The notes: generated by a model not told the origin, from the letters alone. DNA of 64,000 bases from Bdellovibrionota bacterium (GCA_044345405.1 JBIJBE010000007.1:37813-101812); one strand, 5' to 3'; positions 9,569 to 19,408 are shown, counted from the stretch's first letter. Numbers and translations are program-made.

Positions 9569-11161
9569 ATGTTTCGTTGTTTATTATCAGCCATCACCGT
9601 GCTCGTTGTATTCGCGAACGCGGCTCAGGCTCAGCTTCTCGACCCAATGCTCACCGAGCAGGTGGCCACGACCGGAGCGAACAAAGCCGTCGACATAACC
9701 CAAACCAAAGCCCCTTCCGGAGACAAGCTTTGGGACACTCGCGTATTCCGAGCAAAGTCATCGGGAACCTGCGTCCCCAATACCCCGAGCTCAATATCTC
9801 TCGCAACTATTGAACCGGGTCGCATCCATGCGGATGTCAGGAACACGCGGGGGGAAGTGTCCATAACGTGGAAGTTCGGCGCCGGAATCCCAGCTTCGGA
9901 GTTGCCATTCTCGGGAGTCGAGTTTTCGATCGTAAATCAAACTCCGAAATCCGAACTCACCATCTCGGCATCGACGGTGCTCAACACCTCCGCCATCCCC
10001 CTCTCAAGCAAACGCACGGGAATACACGTTCCCACCACGCTATCCCCTCAAGGAAAGAGGATCTCTGTTTCCTTTCTCGACCTCGCCCCGAGAGTTTTTA
10101 AGAGCGACTCGCTCCTTGTGAACTCTTTGTCCGTGTCGCTCTTAGTAGAGAGCAGCTGCGACGCGCTCTACTCGATCCAAAGCGTTACGTTGATGCCTCG
10201 CGATGGGTCGGGACCAAAAAAACCGAAGCGGCGTGGACCTCCGGGAACAGCGGAGGCGACGCCAACGGCGGAGAGCACCGTGACTCCTCAGCAGAATCCC
10301 TGCACCACGGACGAAACGGTTCCTCAGAAGGTCGCCGAATGCGAAGCCGATGCGCAACGCAGGGGGAGTAGCTGCGCCACCTGGAGTTGCGAATGCGTTC
10401 CTGACACGAAGACGAACACCTATTTTATCAGTCGGTCGAGCGCCTCGCTCGGTTCCTCAGATGGAAAAGAGTGTGTGAACCACATCTGTGGCGATAAACC
10501 CGGACGGTGCTCTGAATGGGGAACCTGCATAGCGCCCCAGTTCTATGGGTACGAACATCCGCTTTTCTCCATCTCAGATATTGTCGGATTTTCGACATCG
10601 GGCAACTCTATCGATTTGGATTGTGTCAACAGCAAGCGCCTACCGACATCCCAGCAACTCTGTTCCCTCACGCCCACTCAAGTTGAACAGATGATCGCAG
10701 GTTCCATACTGGTCGGATCTACCTGCGAACTAACTGAGCAACTCAAGGGGGTCTGCGACCCATCCGGTAGCTGCGTCCCCGATACGAAAGCCGATTACTA
10801 CTGTAAGAGCAACGTTAACTGCACCCCCTGCGGGGCTCCTGGAAACATCTGCTGGGGCGGAAAGTGCCTCACAAAAGCCCAAGCATCCTTTCAGCTCTGC
10901 CAGAGCACTCATTACTTCAACACTGGCAGGGGCGTATGCAAGCCGTGCTTCGCCACCTTTAACCTGAATAAGGACGGCTCGTGTGGCACCGGCATTATCT
11001 CCTCCGACCCGCGCGGAGTGAATATGGATGGCGCAAAGTGCTGGCGCGACAATGGTCGATTGCGGGGAGCCTGTGTCGGTGGAGAATGCGTAGGAAGCCC
11101 GACTCCACTAGCTACGGCAACCGCGCGGCCGCAAGCTTCTCCAGTGTCACGGGGTAGATAA
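9569..11161 (+). CDS. Secreted cysteine-rich protein of unknown function
   Basis: Sec signal (ANAAQA), beta-rich N-domain, Pro/Thr linker, C-terminal half with about 26 Cys in G-x-C motifs. Confidence 0.7.
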   Translation: MFRCLLSAITVLVVFANAAQAQLLDPMLTEQVATTGANKAVDITQTKAPSGDKLWDTRVFRAKSSGTCVPNTPSSISLATIEPGRIHADVRNTRGEVSITWKFGAGIPASELPFSGVEFSIVNQTPKSELTISASTVLNTSAIPLSSKRTGIHVPTTLSPQGKRISVSFLDLAPRVFKSDSLLVNSLSVSLLVESSCDALYSIQSVTLMPRDGSGPKKPKRRGPPGTAEATPTAESTVTPQQNPCTTDETVPQKVAECEADAQRRGSSCATWSCECVPDTKTNTYFISRSSASLGSSDGKECVNHICGDKPGRCSEWGTCIAPQFYGYEHPLFSISDIVGFSTSGNSIDLDCVNSKRLPTSQQLCSLTPTQVEQMIAGSILVGSTCELTEQLKGVCDPSGSCVPDTKADYYCKSNVNCTPCGAPGNICWGGKCLTKAQASFQLCQSTHYFNTGRGVCKPCFATFNLNKDGSCGTGIISSDPRGVNMDGAKCWRDNGRLRGACVGGECVGSPTPLATATARPQASPVSRGR

Positions 11162-11169
11162 CGTATTCG

Positions 11170-12171
11170 CTAAACGTTTGGCGTCGGAGCAACCCGCGGC
11201 TGCGCGCACGTCGCGAACGCGTCGGTTCTGAGCGCCCACTCATACGAGAGCCTTAAGCCAACTTCGAGTGATATCTGCGGCTCCCATCCAAGGGACTTCA
11301 CTTTAGAAACATCGAGAACCTTTCGTGGGGTTCCATCAGGCTTGGAGGAGTCGAAGACGATCTCGCCCTTGAAACCGACCACCTTCGCCATCGTGAAGGC
11401 GAGCTCTCGGATCGTAACATCCTCTCCCGTTCCGACGTTAAGGAACTGAGGCTCGTTGTAGCTCTCCATGACGGTGAGCGCGGCTTCAGCGAAATCATCC
11501 GCGTAGAGGAACTCCCGTCGCGGAGCCCCTGTTCCCCACACGGTAACAGAGGACGCTCCACCACGCGCCGCTTCATGGAATCTTCGCATCATGCCCGGAA
11601 TAACGTGAGAGTGATCGGGATGAAAATTATCGTTCGGTCCGTACATATTCGTTGGCATCACAGACACGAAGCATTTGCCGTACTGCTGGTAGAACTTTTC
11701 GCACAACTTGAGACCCGCGATCTTCGCGATGGCGTACCCTTCGTTCGTTGGCTCAAGGGGGCCTGAGAGAAGCGCCTCCTCTGGGATCGGTTGTGGAGAG
11801 AACTTTGGATAGATACAGGAGCTGCCGAGGTAGAGGAGCTTCTTCACATCATAGAGCGCCGCGGCCTGAATCACGTTGGCCGAGATCATCATGTTCTCGT
11901 AGAGAAAGTCAGCTTGATGAAGTGAGTTATGGAGGATCCCACCTACCTTCGCGGCGCATACGAACACGAAATCGATCTTCTCCTCTCTGAAGAACTCTCT
12001 CACCGCGGTTTGATCGAGGAGGTCGAGCTCTGAGCGGGTTCTGAGAACGAGATTGCTAAACCCATAGGCGCGTAACCGGCGAACGATGGCCGAACCTACC
12101 AGCCCCCTGTGCCCAGCCACAAAGATGCGGGAATCGTGCGTTAGTGTGGAGAAAACCCTCAGAGAACCCAT
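11170..12171 (-). CDS. fcl: GDP-L-fucose synthase
   Basis: VAGHRGLVGSA, AAKVGGI, LGSSCIYPK, LEPTNEGYAIAKIAG, WGTGAPRREFL, KPDGTPRK. Confidence 0.96.
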   Translation of the reverse strand: MGSLRVFSTLTHDSRIFVAGHRGLVGSAIVRRLRAYGFSNLVLRTRSELDLLDQTAVREFFREEKIDFVFVCAAKVGGILHNSLHQADFLYENMMISANVIQAAALYDVKKLLYLGSSCIYPKFSPQPIPEEALLSGPLEPTNEGYAIAKIAGLKLCEKFYQQYGKCFVSVMPTNMYGPNDNFHPDHSHVIPGMMRRFHEAARGGASSVTVWGTGAPRREFLYADDFAEAALTVMESYNEPQFLNVGTGEDVTIRELAFTMAKVVGFKGEIVFDSSKPDGTPRKVLDVSKVKSLGWEPQISLEVGLRLSYEWALRTDAFATCAQPRVAPTPNV

Positions 12172-12510
12172 GCTCTCCATTAGATGGAGAGCCCTCGGTT
12201 TGAGATTCAAAGGTGTTTGAAATAGTGGCCAACTGTCGGTTTCCCTAACCTTTTTAGACCCTTGCGTGACTTAGCGAACGACGGGAGGGATACTCCCGCC
12301 AGGGTCTCGAAAACCCTTCGTATGGGCACCTCCCGGCGATACGGTTTTTTTCGAGATTGCTGTGGGGGCACATCACGCGATCAGCACCGTAGTTCGCTAC
12401 ACCCTTAGCCAGCCTTGAGAGGCTCGCAAAGGGTGTGGCGAAAGGCTTACGGTTAGTCCTATCGCGCACATCCTCCCGACGGGGAGCTTCTCTAGTCAGA
12501 GGATAAAGAG

Positions 12511-12786
12511 ATGTCAAAGTTTTTGGGCCTGGCGGTGTTTGCCGGCGGTTCGGCGCTCTTCCTGAGCGGATGCCAGTCAACGGGGCAGTATACTCCCCCG
12601 ACGTACGTGGCTCCAGCTCCGAGTTTTGCGCCCCCGGCGCTACAACACTATTCAGGTCCTCCTCCAATTCCATCCGGCCCCTCAGTCGAAACGGCGCCCC
12701 CTCCTTTGGCTCCTGAGCCCAAGAAGACGAGCGCACCGACATCGACGAAGCCGGATGTTCCACCTAAACCCGAGAGAATCGCGTAA
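12511..12786 (+). CDS. Small proline-rich lipoprotein
   Basis: GAGG RBS, signal peptide ending LSGC lipobox, Pro-rich disordered mature part. Confidence 0.7.
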   Translation: MSKFLGLAVFAGGSALFLSGCQSTGQYTPPTYVAPAPSFAPPALQHYSGPPPIPSGPSVETAPPPLAPEPKKTSAPTSTKPDVPPKPERIA

Positions 12787-12901
12787 GGGTGGATAGATGA
12801 GTTGGGCGCCTCACAGCATACAATCGAATTTATTTCGAGCGTTTTGGCTTTGAGGTGCCCTTCTTTTCTCTGCGGCAACGGCACAAAGGAACGACGAAGA
12901 T

Positions 12902-12931
12902 GCTTGTCCCCCGAAGCTTTGCGAAGGGAGA
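12902..12931 (+). repeat. ~30-bp dispersed palindromic module (GCTTGTCCCCCGAAGCTTTGCGAAGGGAGA), copy 1
   Basis: Matches copies at 24090, 30596, 30689, 30762 and 37678. Confidence 0.7.
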
Positions 12932-12953
12932 AGCGCCAACGGCGCGTAGGGGG

Positions 12954-13107
12954 AACGTCTACGTCTGACGTATCACGTAGAACGTCGACGGTTCACGGCA
13001 TACGTCCTACGTCGACGGAGTTCGTCAACGTCGAACGTCCCACGTAAAGCGTCTACGGTTCACGTTTCACATCATCGGTAATCGTCATCGCTAATCGCTA
13101 ATCGCCG
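12954..13107. repeat. Degenerate 6-7-nt tandem array, ACG(T/G)NNN followed by ATCGNN(N)
   Basis: acgtctg acgtatc acgtaga acgtcg acggttc acggcat acgtcct ... then atcggta atcgtc atcgcta atcgcta. Confidence 0.8.
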
Positions 13108-13602
13108 CTATAGCTCCAACAAGAAACGGATCTGCTTCACCAGCAAACCATCCGCTCTGAACTTCTCACAGAACATATCCGCGCCCTTCTCAAGCGCCGA
13201 GAATTCGATATCTTCGCCGCACGCGGTAAGTACGATGACCGGAACCTCTTGGGTATTCCATTCAGCGTCCATGTTCCGTAACGCCTTCACAAAATCGAAG
13301 CCGTTCATATTCGGCATCTTGTAATCCGCAACGATCACGTTGAACGGTCGCTCCTCGGCGAGATGCAGCGCCTGTTCCGCCGAGTCGGCGGTAACGACCT
13401 TGTACCCCGCTCGCTCTACCATCAGTTGCAGCATACTGAGTTGATCAGCATCGTCATCAATGATCAGCACAGAATTTTGACGGGGCTTCTTCGGCTTCAC
13501 GTCGTAGGAATAATCCCAGTCGCCAGCGAGCTCGTCGGCGTCTAATCCCAAGCCGCGTGATGTGCCGTTTTTCTTGTTCCCGCGTGCGTGACCCATACTC
13601 AT
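13108..13602 (-). CDS. Single-domain response regulator (receiver) with N-terminal extension
   Basis: VLIIDDD, phospho-Asp in VIVADYKMP, VIVLTA, GADMFCEK. Confidence 0.88.
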   Translation of the reverse strand: MSMGHARGNKKNGTSRGLGLDADELAGDWDYSYDVKPKKPRQNSVLIIDDDADQLSMLQLMVERAGYKVVTADSAEQALHLAEERPFNVIVADYKMPNMNGFDFVKALRNMDAEWNTQEVPVIVLTACGEDIEFSALEKGADMFCEKFRADGLLVKQIRFLLEL

Positions 13603-14020
13603 ACTCCCGTGATAGCCGTCCCGTGTCGGGGCACCGTCGGACCCAGTTTTCCGCTCGACGCCTTAGGAATCAGAGTCGACAGGTGAGGCCAGTTCCTTTC
13701 GGGACTAGCGCCATTTTTATGCCGGAATTGGTGCTCTTTTCATCCCACCAGGCGTCACGAATTCGGAGGCCAACCCGCCATCCCGGACGCTCTGGCGCGA
13801 CCGCCCATCCCAGGGAATTGACTTTACCTATCCGGTTGTTTTAACTGGGGGGTTCTGGTTGGTTGTCGTCGCCTCAAGGGCATACAGGGTCCTCCCCTCT
13901 CGTTTTGAGCACTCGAACACCCCAACCGGGGTCCGCACCGTAGGGTGCAAGGATCTCGTATCCCAGCGGGAGATACGGGGGCCTAGGTAGAGGATGTACT
14001 CCCGCGCAAGGACGTAAGAG

Positions 14021-14407
14021 ATGATTCGCAAGGCGACCCTGAACGATATCCCCGGAATTCTAGAGTTGGTCAACGCCAACCTCGGCACCCTCCTCCCACG
14101 ATCGAGTAGCGATTATGAGGAGCTCATAGAGACCACCTACGTCTGCGAAAAAGACGGTCGCATAGCCGGTAGCTGCGTGTTAGAGATCTACAGCCCGAAG
14201 ATAGCAGAGATACGATCGTTTGTTGTGCACAAGGACTATCGTAGCCAGGGTGTCGGCAAGGCACTCATCGCGGAGGCCGTAGCCGAGGCTCGAAAGCGCA
14301 ACATTCGAGAGATCATGGTGGTCACCTCGGCGCGTGAGTACTTCGAGAAGCAGAACTTCGGCGCGTGTCTCAATGAGAAGTTCGCCCTCTTTTGGAACGG
14401 TCGGTAA
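14021..14407 (+). CDS. argA: Short GNAT N-acetyltransferase, probable amino-acid N-acetyltransferase (ArgA-type)
   Basis: MIRKAT, LLPRS, IAEIRS, RSQGVG acetyl-CoA motif; directly upstream of argC-argB. Confidence 0.75.
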   Translation: MIRKATLNDIPGILELVNANLGTLLPRSSSDYEELIETTYVCEKDGRIAGSCVLEIYSPKIAEIRSFVVHKDYRSQGVGKALIAEAVAEARKRNIREIMVVTSAREYFEKQNFGACLNEKFALFWNGR

Positions 14408-14411
14408 TCAG

Positions 14412-15461
14412 ATGGGAAAGAGATTTGGTGTCGCGATAATCGGGGGAAGTGGCTACGGCGCGGGAGAAACGATTCGTCTCCTCTCACTCCACCCTGATAT
14501 CGAGGTGTGTAGCGTCTCATCTCGCTCGCACGTGGGCAAACCGATCTCATTAATTCACACCCATCTCGCCGGTATCACCGAACTCACCTTTGAGGAATCT
14601 CCGAAGATGGAGACCCTCAAACGATACGAGAGGAGCGCGGTCATCCTCGCCATGCCGAGCGGACTCGCGGTTCCAACTGTAGAGAAGCTCCTCGCAGAGG
14701 GATTACCGGAGACAACGTCGGTGATTGATCTCTCCGGAGATTTGCGACTCACCAACCAAGCCGAGCATGAGAGATTTTATGCCGAAGTTCCCTTCGCGCC
14801 AGAGGTGAGAAAGCGTTTCTCATACGGACTTCCAGAGGTAACGGGAACTGCGTCTACTGCCCGCTTCATCACGAATCCTGGATGCCTCGCGACCGGAGCG
14901 ATTATGGCGCTCGCGCCACTGCGCGCGTTCGAACTCGAGCGAACCGTTATCGTGGACGCGAAGACCGGAACCTCCGGCGCTGGACGTGAACCACAAGCGT
15001 CGATGCACCACCCAAGCCGATGCCTCGATTTCACGGCGTATAAAGTTTTAGCGCATCGCCATGAGCCGGAGATCCTTCAGGCGCTCGGAGAGTCGTTCTC
15101 AAAGAACCACGCGATGATGTTCGTTCCGCATCTGATACCTACCTCGCGAGGGGAGTTTATCACCGCGTACGCGACCCTCAAAAATGGTGAGAGCGAAGCG
15201 ACCGTGCGAGAGGCATATACCTCCTTCTATAAGAACTCCCCCTTCGTGCGGCTTCGTACCACCCCTCCCCGCCTTGTGGATGTCGTAGGGACAAATTTCT
15301 GCGACATCTGCGTCTCGGTTCGCCAGGGACAGGTTTGCGTCATGAGCTCGATCGACAACCTGGGCAAGGGGATGGCGGGGCAAGCGATTCAAAACCTCAA
15401 CATCATCTTCGGACTCCCACAAGGACTTGGTCTTCTCCACGCCTCGTTAGGACCTGTGTAG
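14412..15461 (+). CDS. argC: N-acetyl-gamma-glutamyl-phosphate reductase
   Basis: GGSGYGAGE, IDLSGDLRL, YGLPE, NPGC, SGAGR, HRHEPEI, IDNLGKGMAGQAIQNLN. Confidence 0.96.
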   Translation: MGKRFGVAIIGGSGYGAGETIRLLSLHPDIEVCSVSSRSHVGKPISLIHTHLAGITELTFEESPKMETLKRYERSAVILAMPSGLAVPTVEKLLAEGLPETTSVIDLSGDLRLTNQAEHERFYAEVPFAPEVRKRFSYGLPEVTGTASTARFITNPGCLATGAIMALAPLRAFELERTVIVDAKTGTSGAGREPQASMHHPSRCLDFTAYKVLAHRHEPEILQALGESFSKNHAMMFVPHLIPTSRGEFITAYATLKNGESEATVREAYTSFYKNSPFVRLRTTPPRLVDVVGTNFCDICVSVRQGQVCVMSSIDNLGKGMAGQAIQNLNIIFGLPQGLGLLHASLGPV

Positions 15462-15470
15462 GACTCGCGT

Positions 15471-16316
15471 ATGAACGATCAGATAGCCTCGACGATAACC
15501 TCCTCATATCCCCGAATTGGCGAACTCCGAGGCAAGACCGTGCTTGTGAAATACGGCGGCGCGGCGATGGAGGACGATCACACCCGACACCTGGTATGTC
15601 AGGAGGTCGCGGCGCTCCAAACATTGGGAGTAAAGATCGTCGTTGTCCACGGTGGGGGGAAGGAGATCTCGCGAATGATGGAGCGGGTCGGCCTTATCCC
15701 CCATTTTATCGACGGCCTACGAGTCACGGATCCCGAGGCGATGAAGATAACCGAGATGGTTCTCTCCGGCACGATCAACAGCGACCTCGTATCTCGAATA
15801 ACTCGCTCAGGAGCACACGCGCTCGGACTGAGTGGCCGCGACGCACGACTTATCGAAGCGAAGAGACTCAAAGGCAAAAACGGAGAAGACCTCGGACAAA
15901 CGGGAGAGGTCGCGTCAACTAACATCGCTCCGATCATCGCGGCTTTGGAGGGCGGGTTCGTGCCGGTCATATCACCCGTCGGAGAAACTGTTGATGGGGA
16001 GCCCCTCAATCTCAACGCCGACTACGCCGCCGCCGCTATCGCCGGGGCCCTTGGGGTTGAAAGCTGCGTCTTTCTCACCGATGTAGCGGGGGTCAAAAAG
16101 GATGGAGAGGTTCAACCAGCGCTCACCCAGGCTCAGATAGACCGATTGATTTCAGAGGGAACTATCACCGGTGGAATGATTCCGAAGGTACAGTGTGCCC
16201 TCAAGGCGCTCCAGGCGGGGTGTGCTCGCGCCATTATTTGTGAGGCCTCCCGTCCCCTGATCATCACCTGTGCTCTAACCGGCAGCGAGGCGAGCGGGAC
16301 CACTATCTCCAAATAA
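15471..16316 (+). CDS. argB: Acetylglutamate kinase
   Basis: VKYGGAAM, VVHGGG, GLRVTD, NLNAD, LTDVAG, GGMIPK. Confidence 0.96.
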   Translation: MNDQIASTITSSYPRIGELRGKTVLVKYGGAAMEDDHTRHLVCQEVAALQTLGVKIVVVHGGGKEISRMMERVGLIPHFIDGLRVTDPEAMKITEMVLSGTINSDLVSRITRSGAHALGLSGRDARLIEAKRLKGKNGEDLGQTGEVASTNIAPIIAALEGGFVPVISPVGETVDGEPLNLNADYAAAAIAGALGVESCVFLTDVAGVKKDGEVQPALTQAQIDRLISEGTITGGMIPKVQCALKALQAGCARAIICEASRPLIITCALTGSEASGTTISK

Positions 16317-16470
16317 ACCGGCCGTTTTGTTGACTTTTCGACGGGACCTCCGCTGGGCCCCAGGATCCCCCTCTGTGTAAGAGCGAGCCCCCTCTTCCAT
16401 TTGCCTGAATCACCTTTTTAGCGATATTCTCCCCATCATTCACTCCGCTCGTTTGTATCTGGAGATCTGT

Positions 16471-17190
16471 ATGGGCCGTATTTTCGAAAAACGTAAAGAC
16501 CGAATGTTCGCGCGCTGGGCTAAAAACGCCAAGGCGTTCACCAAGCTCGGCAAAGAGATCGCGATCTCAGTAAAACTTTCGGGCCCACATCCGGAAAGCA
16601 ATCCACGTCTCCGAATGGCGATTCAAACAGCCCGCTCCCTCAATATGCCAAAGGACCGTATCGAGGCCGCCATCAAGCGCGCCAGCTCGAAGGATCAAGC
16701 GGACTTAAACGAGATAACCTACGAGGGATTCGCTCCACACGGGGTTGGACTCTTCATTGAAGCCGCGACTGATAACGCTACCCGTACCGTAGCGAACGTG
16801 CGAAATATTCTCACGAAGCACGAGGGCAACCTCGCCACCACCGGCGCGCTTGAGTACATCTTCGAGCGTAAGGGAGTCTTCAAGATTACCCCTCCGGCGG
16901 GAGATCTTGATGAGCTTGAGTTAGATCTTATCGATCACGGACTCGAGGAGATCTTCGAGGCTGACGATGGACTCCTCATCTACTGCAACTTCAAACAGTT
17001 CGGCGATCTCCAAAAAGCTCTTGAGGCTCGTGGAGTTGAGGTAACGAGCGCCTCCTCTCAGCGCATCCCATCAAACTACATCAAGGTTACCGCCGAGCAG
17101 GAACAAGAGATCCAGAAGATTATCGACAGGCTGGAGGAGGACGACGACGTTCAGAGCGTTTTCCACAACATGCAGTCAGAGGCTGAGTAA
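16471..17190 (+). CDS. yebC: YebC/PmpR family protein
   Basis: MGRIFEKRK, NPRLR, MPKDRIEAAIKRA, TDNATRT, LEEDDDVQSVFHN; stop abuts the convergent kinase stop with no gap. Confidence 0.95.
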   Translation: MGRIFEKRKDRMFARWAKNAKAFTKLGKEIAISVKLSGPHPESNPRLRMAIQTARSLNMPKDRIEAAIKRASSKDQADLNEITYEGFAPHGVGLFIEAATDNATRTVANVRNILTKHEGNLATTGALEYIFERKGVFKITPPAGDLDELELDLIDHGLEEIFEADDGLLIYCNFKQFGDLQKALEARGVEVTSASSQRIPSNYIKVTAEQEQEIQKIIDRLEEDDDVQSVFHNMQSEAE

Positions 17191-19266
17191 TTAAATTTTC
17201 CACTTCGCTCCGGCGGAGGAGTTGCCGAGCAAGATACGGAAGAGTAATCCGCAGAACACGCCGAAGGCTATCGGAGTGACCACCGGTATGAAGAGCCCTA
17301 GCAGGAAGGCGAGGTACTGAATCGCCAAGACTCCAAGGACGCCTCCGGTCAGGTACACCACGAGCATATAGCCGGATGCCACAAGGAGTAACAGAGCAAA
17401 GCTCGCGGCCATGAGCGCCTGAATACTCACCTCGCTCAGAGGAGTTAATCGCCCAATCCAATCTTTCGAGAGAAGGTTAGAGGTCGCCGTCGCATGCACC
17501 TCGGTACCGAAGGTCATCGAGTCATAAGGGGTCACGAAGGCCTCACGTTGAGACGGCCCCGTCCGACTTCGAAGGTTTAGCCCAACGAATACTATCTTGT
17601 CCTTAAACACATCAACGGGAAGAGGATTCTCATCAGAGAGAACCATGTAGTACGGCACCGTCGGGATTGTGCGAGATGGTCCGTAGTAGTTGATCAAAGA
17701 GCGCGTAGTCGGACGGTCGTCATCTTTTCCTATCCCACTCGCCGCCTCGGCGAGAGATGGTAGGTCAGGAAACATCTCCGAACGTTGTACCGATAGGGCG
17801 CGAACCCGCGCGTCTGAGGTGGCAAACGTGACGTTACCCATCGCTCGCGCCTTTTTAGAAAGGCTATCTGTCGGCCGAATGAGCTGCTCAAGCAGATAGG
17901 ATCCGTTAATCGTGGCTTGAAGGGAGAGCCCTGTAGCGGCTCCTAGAACTGTCGGCACATCGGCGACAGCGGCCGCGAGCCCCTCGTCGACCGCGGGATC
18001 GGATGAGGTGTCGGCGAAGATCACGTCAAACACCACCCTCTTGGGTGAGTAGGTCGCGAGCTTCCGCAATAGCTTCGTGTGGAGATCCCGAGGCCACGGA
18101 GATGTAAGTGGCACAGAGAGATTGGAATAGCTCTGCTCATCTACGGATATGATCGCCACGTCATTTCGAGGAGCTTTCTCTCCTCGGATCTGAAAGAGCG
18201 TATCGAAATGACTGAACTCGTTTTTCGCTGAGGTCTCAGTGAGCGAGATAGGAACGGTGAGCATACCCACCAATACTGAGAGCATCGTCTTGGTGAGTAA
18301 GGTGCCGCGACGCCCTCGCCCGAGCAGCTTGCTCCGAAGAGGTTTGTCCACCAGAACTTCGTCGATCGCTAAGGTCTCAGGGACAAGATTACTCACCAGG
18401 CTATCGCTGGACGAACGGGGCGCGTAGGTGTCCAAATTTCCGGCGAAGTAATTGACCGCCTTCATGCGAACTTTCGGATCTACTTCAAGGAGTCCCATTA
18501 ATCCACGAGCGAGCCAATCAGGGATATCCTCCCGCAGCTCCTGAGGGTCGCGGGGAGCCTCCTCCACTTTTCGAAGTAACAACCTCGCCGGGACCTCATC
18601 ATCGATGGGCGCGCGTTGCGTGAGGAGTTGATACACAATCGCTCCCAGAGCGTAGTAGTCAACAGCTATAGTCGCCTCTTCGCCAATTAAAGTCTCTGGA
18701 GCCAAGTAGGTAATCGTTCCAATAATCTCACCCGAATCAACGGTGAGCATCGATGCTCCACCTCGCGCGATACCGAAATCGGCGATCTTGAGCCTCCCGT
18801 TCTCCTCCATGATGATATTCGCGGGTTTCAGGTCTCGATGAATGACTCCCACCGAATGGATCGCGGCGAGACCTCGCATGATTTGAGCCGCGATACCGAG
18901 CGCGCGACTGATAGGTAAATCAGGCTCACGAAGTAACGCCTCGAGGGTGGCCCCTGGCAGATACTCCATAGTGTAAAAGAGGGTATCTCCGTCCTGACCG
19001 AAGTCAAAAGTACGAACCACATTCTCGTGATTGATCTTGTGCGTTAGCCTCACTTCCCGGAGGAATCGCTGAATCGTGTCCTCTCGGAGGTTTCGGTCCC
19101 TACGAAGCACCTTAATCGCGACCGTGGTCTCCCCGAGCACCACGTCCTCAGCCAGGTACACGGAGGCCATTCCGCCAGAACCAAGCGGCCGGATGATCCG
19201 ATACCTATTCCCGATGATATGACCATGAGGAAGGTGTGGTGAAACAACTCCTCCGACAAATCCCAT
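17191..19266 (-). CDS. Hanks-type Ser/Thr protein kinase with C-terminal CHASE2 sensor domain
   Basis: GSGGMASVY, VAIK, HRDLKPAN, DFG, YLAPE; then a TM helix; CHASE2 motifs (IISVDEQS, PWPRDLH, VFDVIF, LINYYG, FKDKIVFVG, GTEVHA); 3 C-terminal TMs; GAGGAG RBS before ATG 19266. Confidence 0.93.
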   Translation of the reverse strand: MGFVGGVVSPHLPHGHIIGNRYRIIRPLGSGGMASVYLAEDVVLGETTVAIKVLRRDRNLREDTIQRFLREVRLTHKINHENVVRTFDFGQDGDTLFYTMEYLPGATLEALLREPDLPISRALGIAAQIMRGLAAIHSVGVIHRDLKPANIIMEENGRLKIADFGIARGGASMLTVDSGEIIGTITYLAPETLIGEEATIAVDYYALGAIVYQLLTQRAPIDDEVPARLLLRKVEEAPRDPQELREDIPDWLARGLMGLLEVDPKVRMKAVNYFAGNLDTYAPRSSSDSLVSNLVPETLAIDEVLVDKPLRSKLLGRGRRGTLLTKTMLSVLVGMLTVPISLTETSAKNEFSHFDTLFQIRGEKAPRNDVAIISVDEQSYSNLSVPLTSPWPRDLHTKLLRKLATYSPKRVVFDVIFADTSSDPAVDEGLAAAVADVPTVLGAATGLSLQATINGSYLLEQLIRPTDSLSKKARAMGNVTFATSDARVRALSVQRSEMFPDLPSLAEAASGIGKDDDRPTTRSLINYYGPSRTIPTVPYYMVLSDENPLPVDVFKDKIVFVGLNLRSRTGPSQREAFVTPYDSMTFGTEVHATATSNLLSKDWIGRLTPLSEVSIQALMAASFALLLLVASGYMLVVYLTGGVLGVLAIQYLAFLLGLFIPVVTPIAFGVFCGLLFRILLGNSSAGAKWKI

Positions 19267-19408
19267 CTGTCTCCTCGCCCCCAAGCGCTATCTGTTGCCT
19301 AGTAGGTATCGGCACTTTCTCGTCCAAACATTCGGTAAAAGGTCACATTTTGATGAGGCGGGGGGAGGCTCTAAGGCATCTCATCGACAGGGGAGTCACA
19401 CAATCAGA

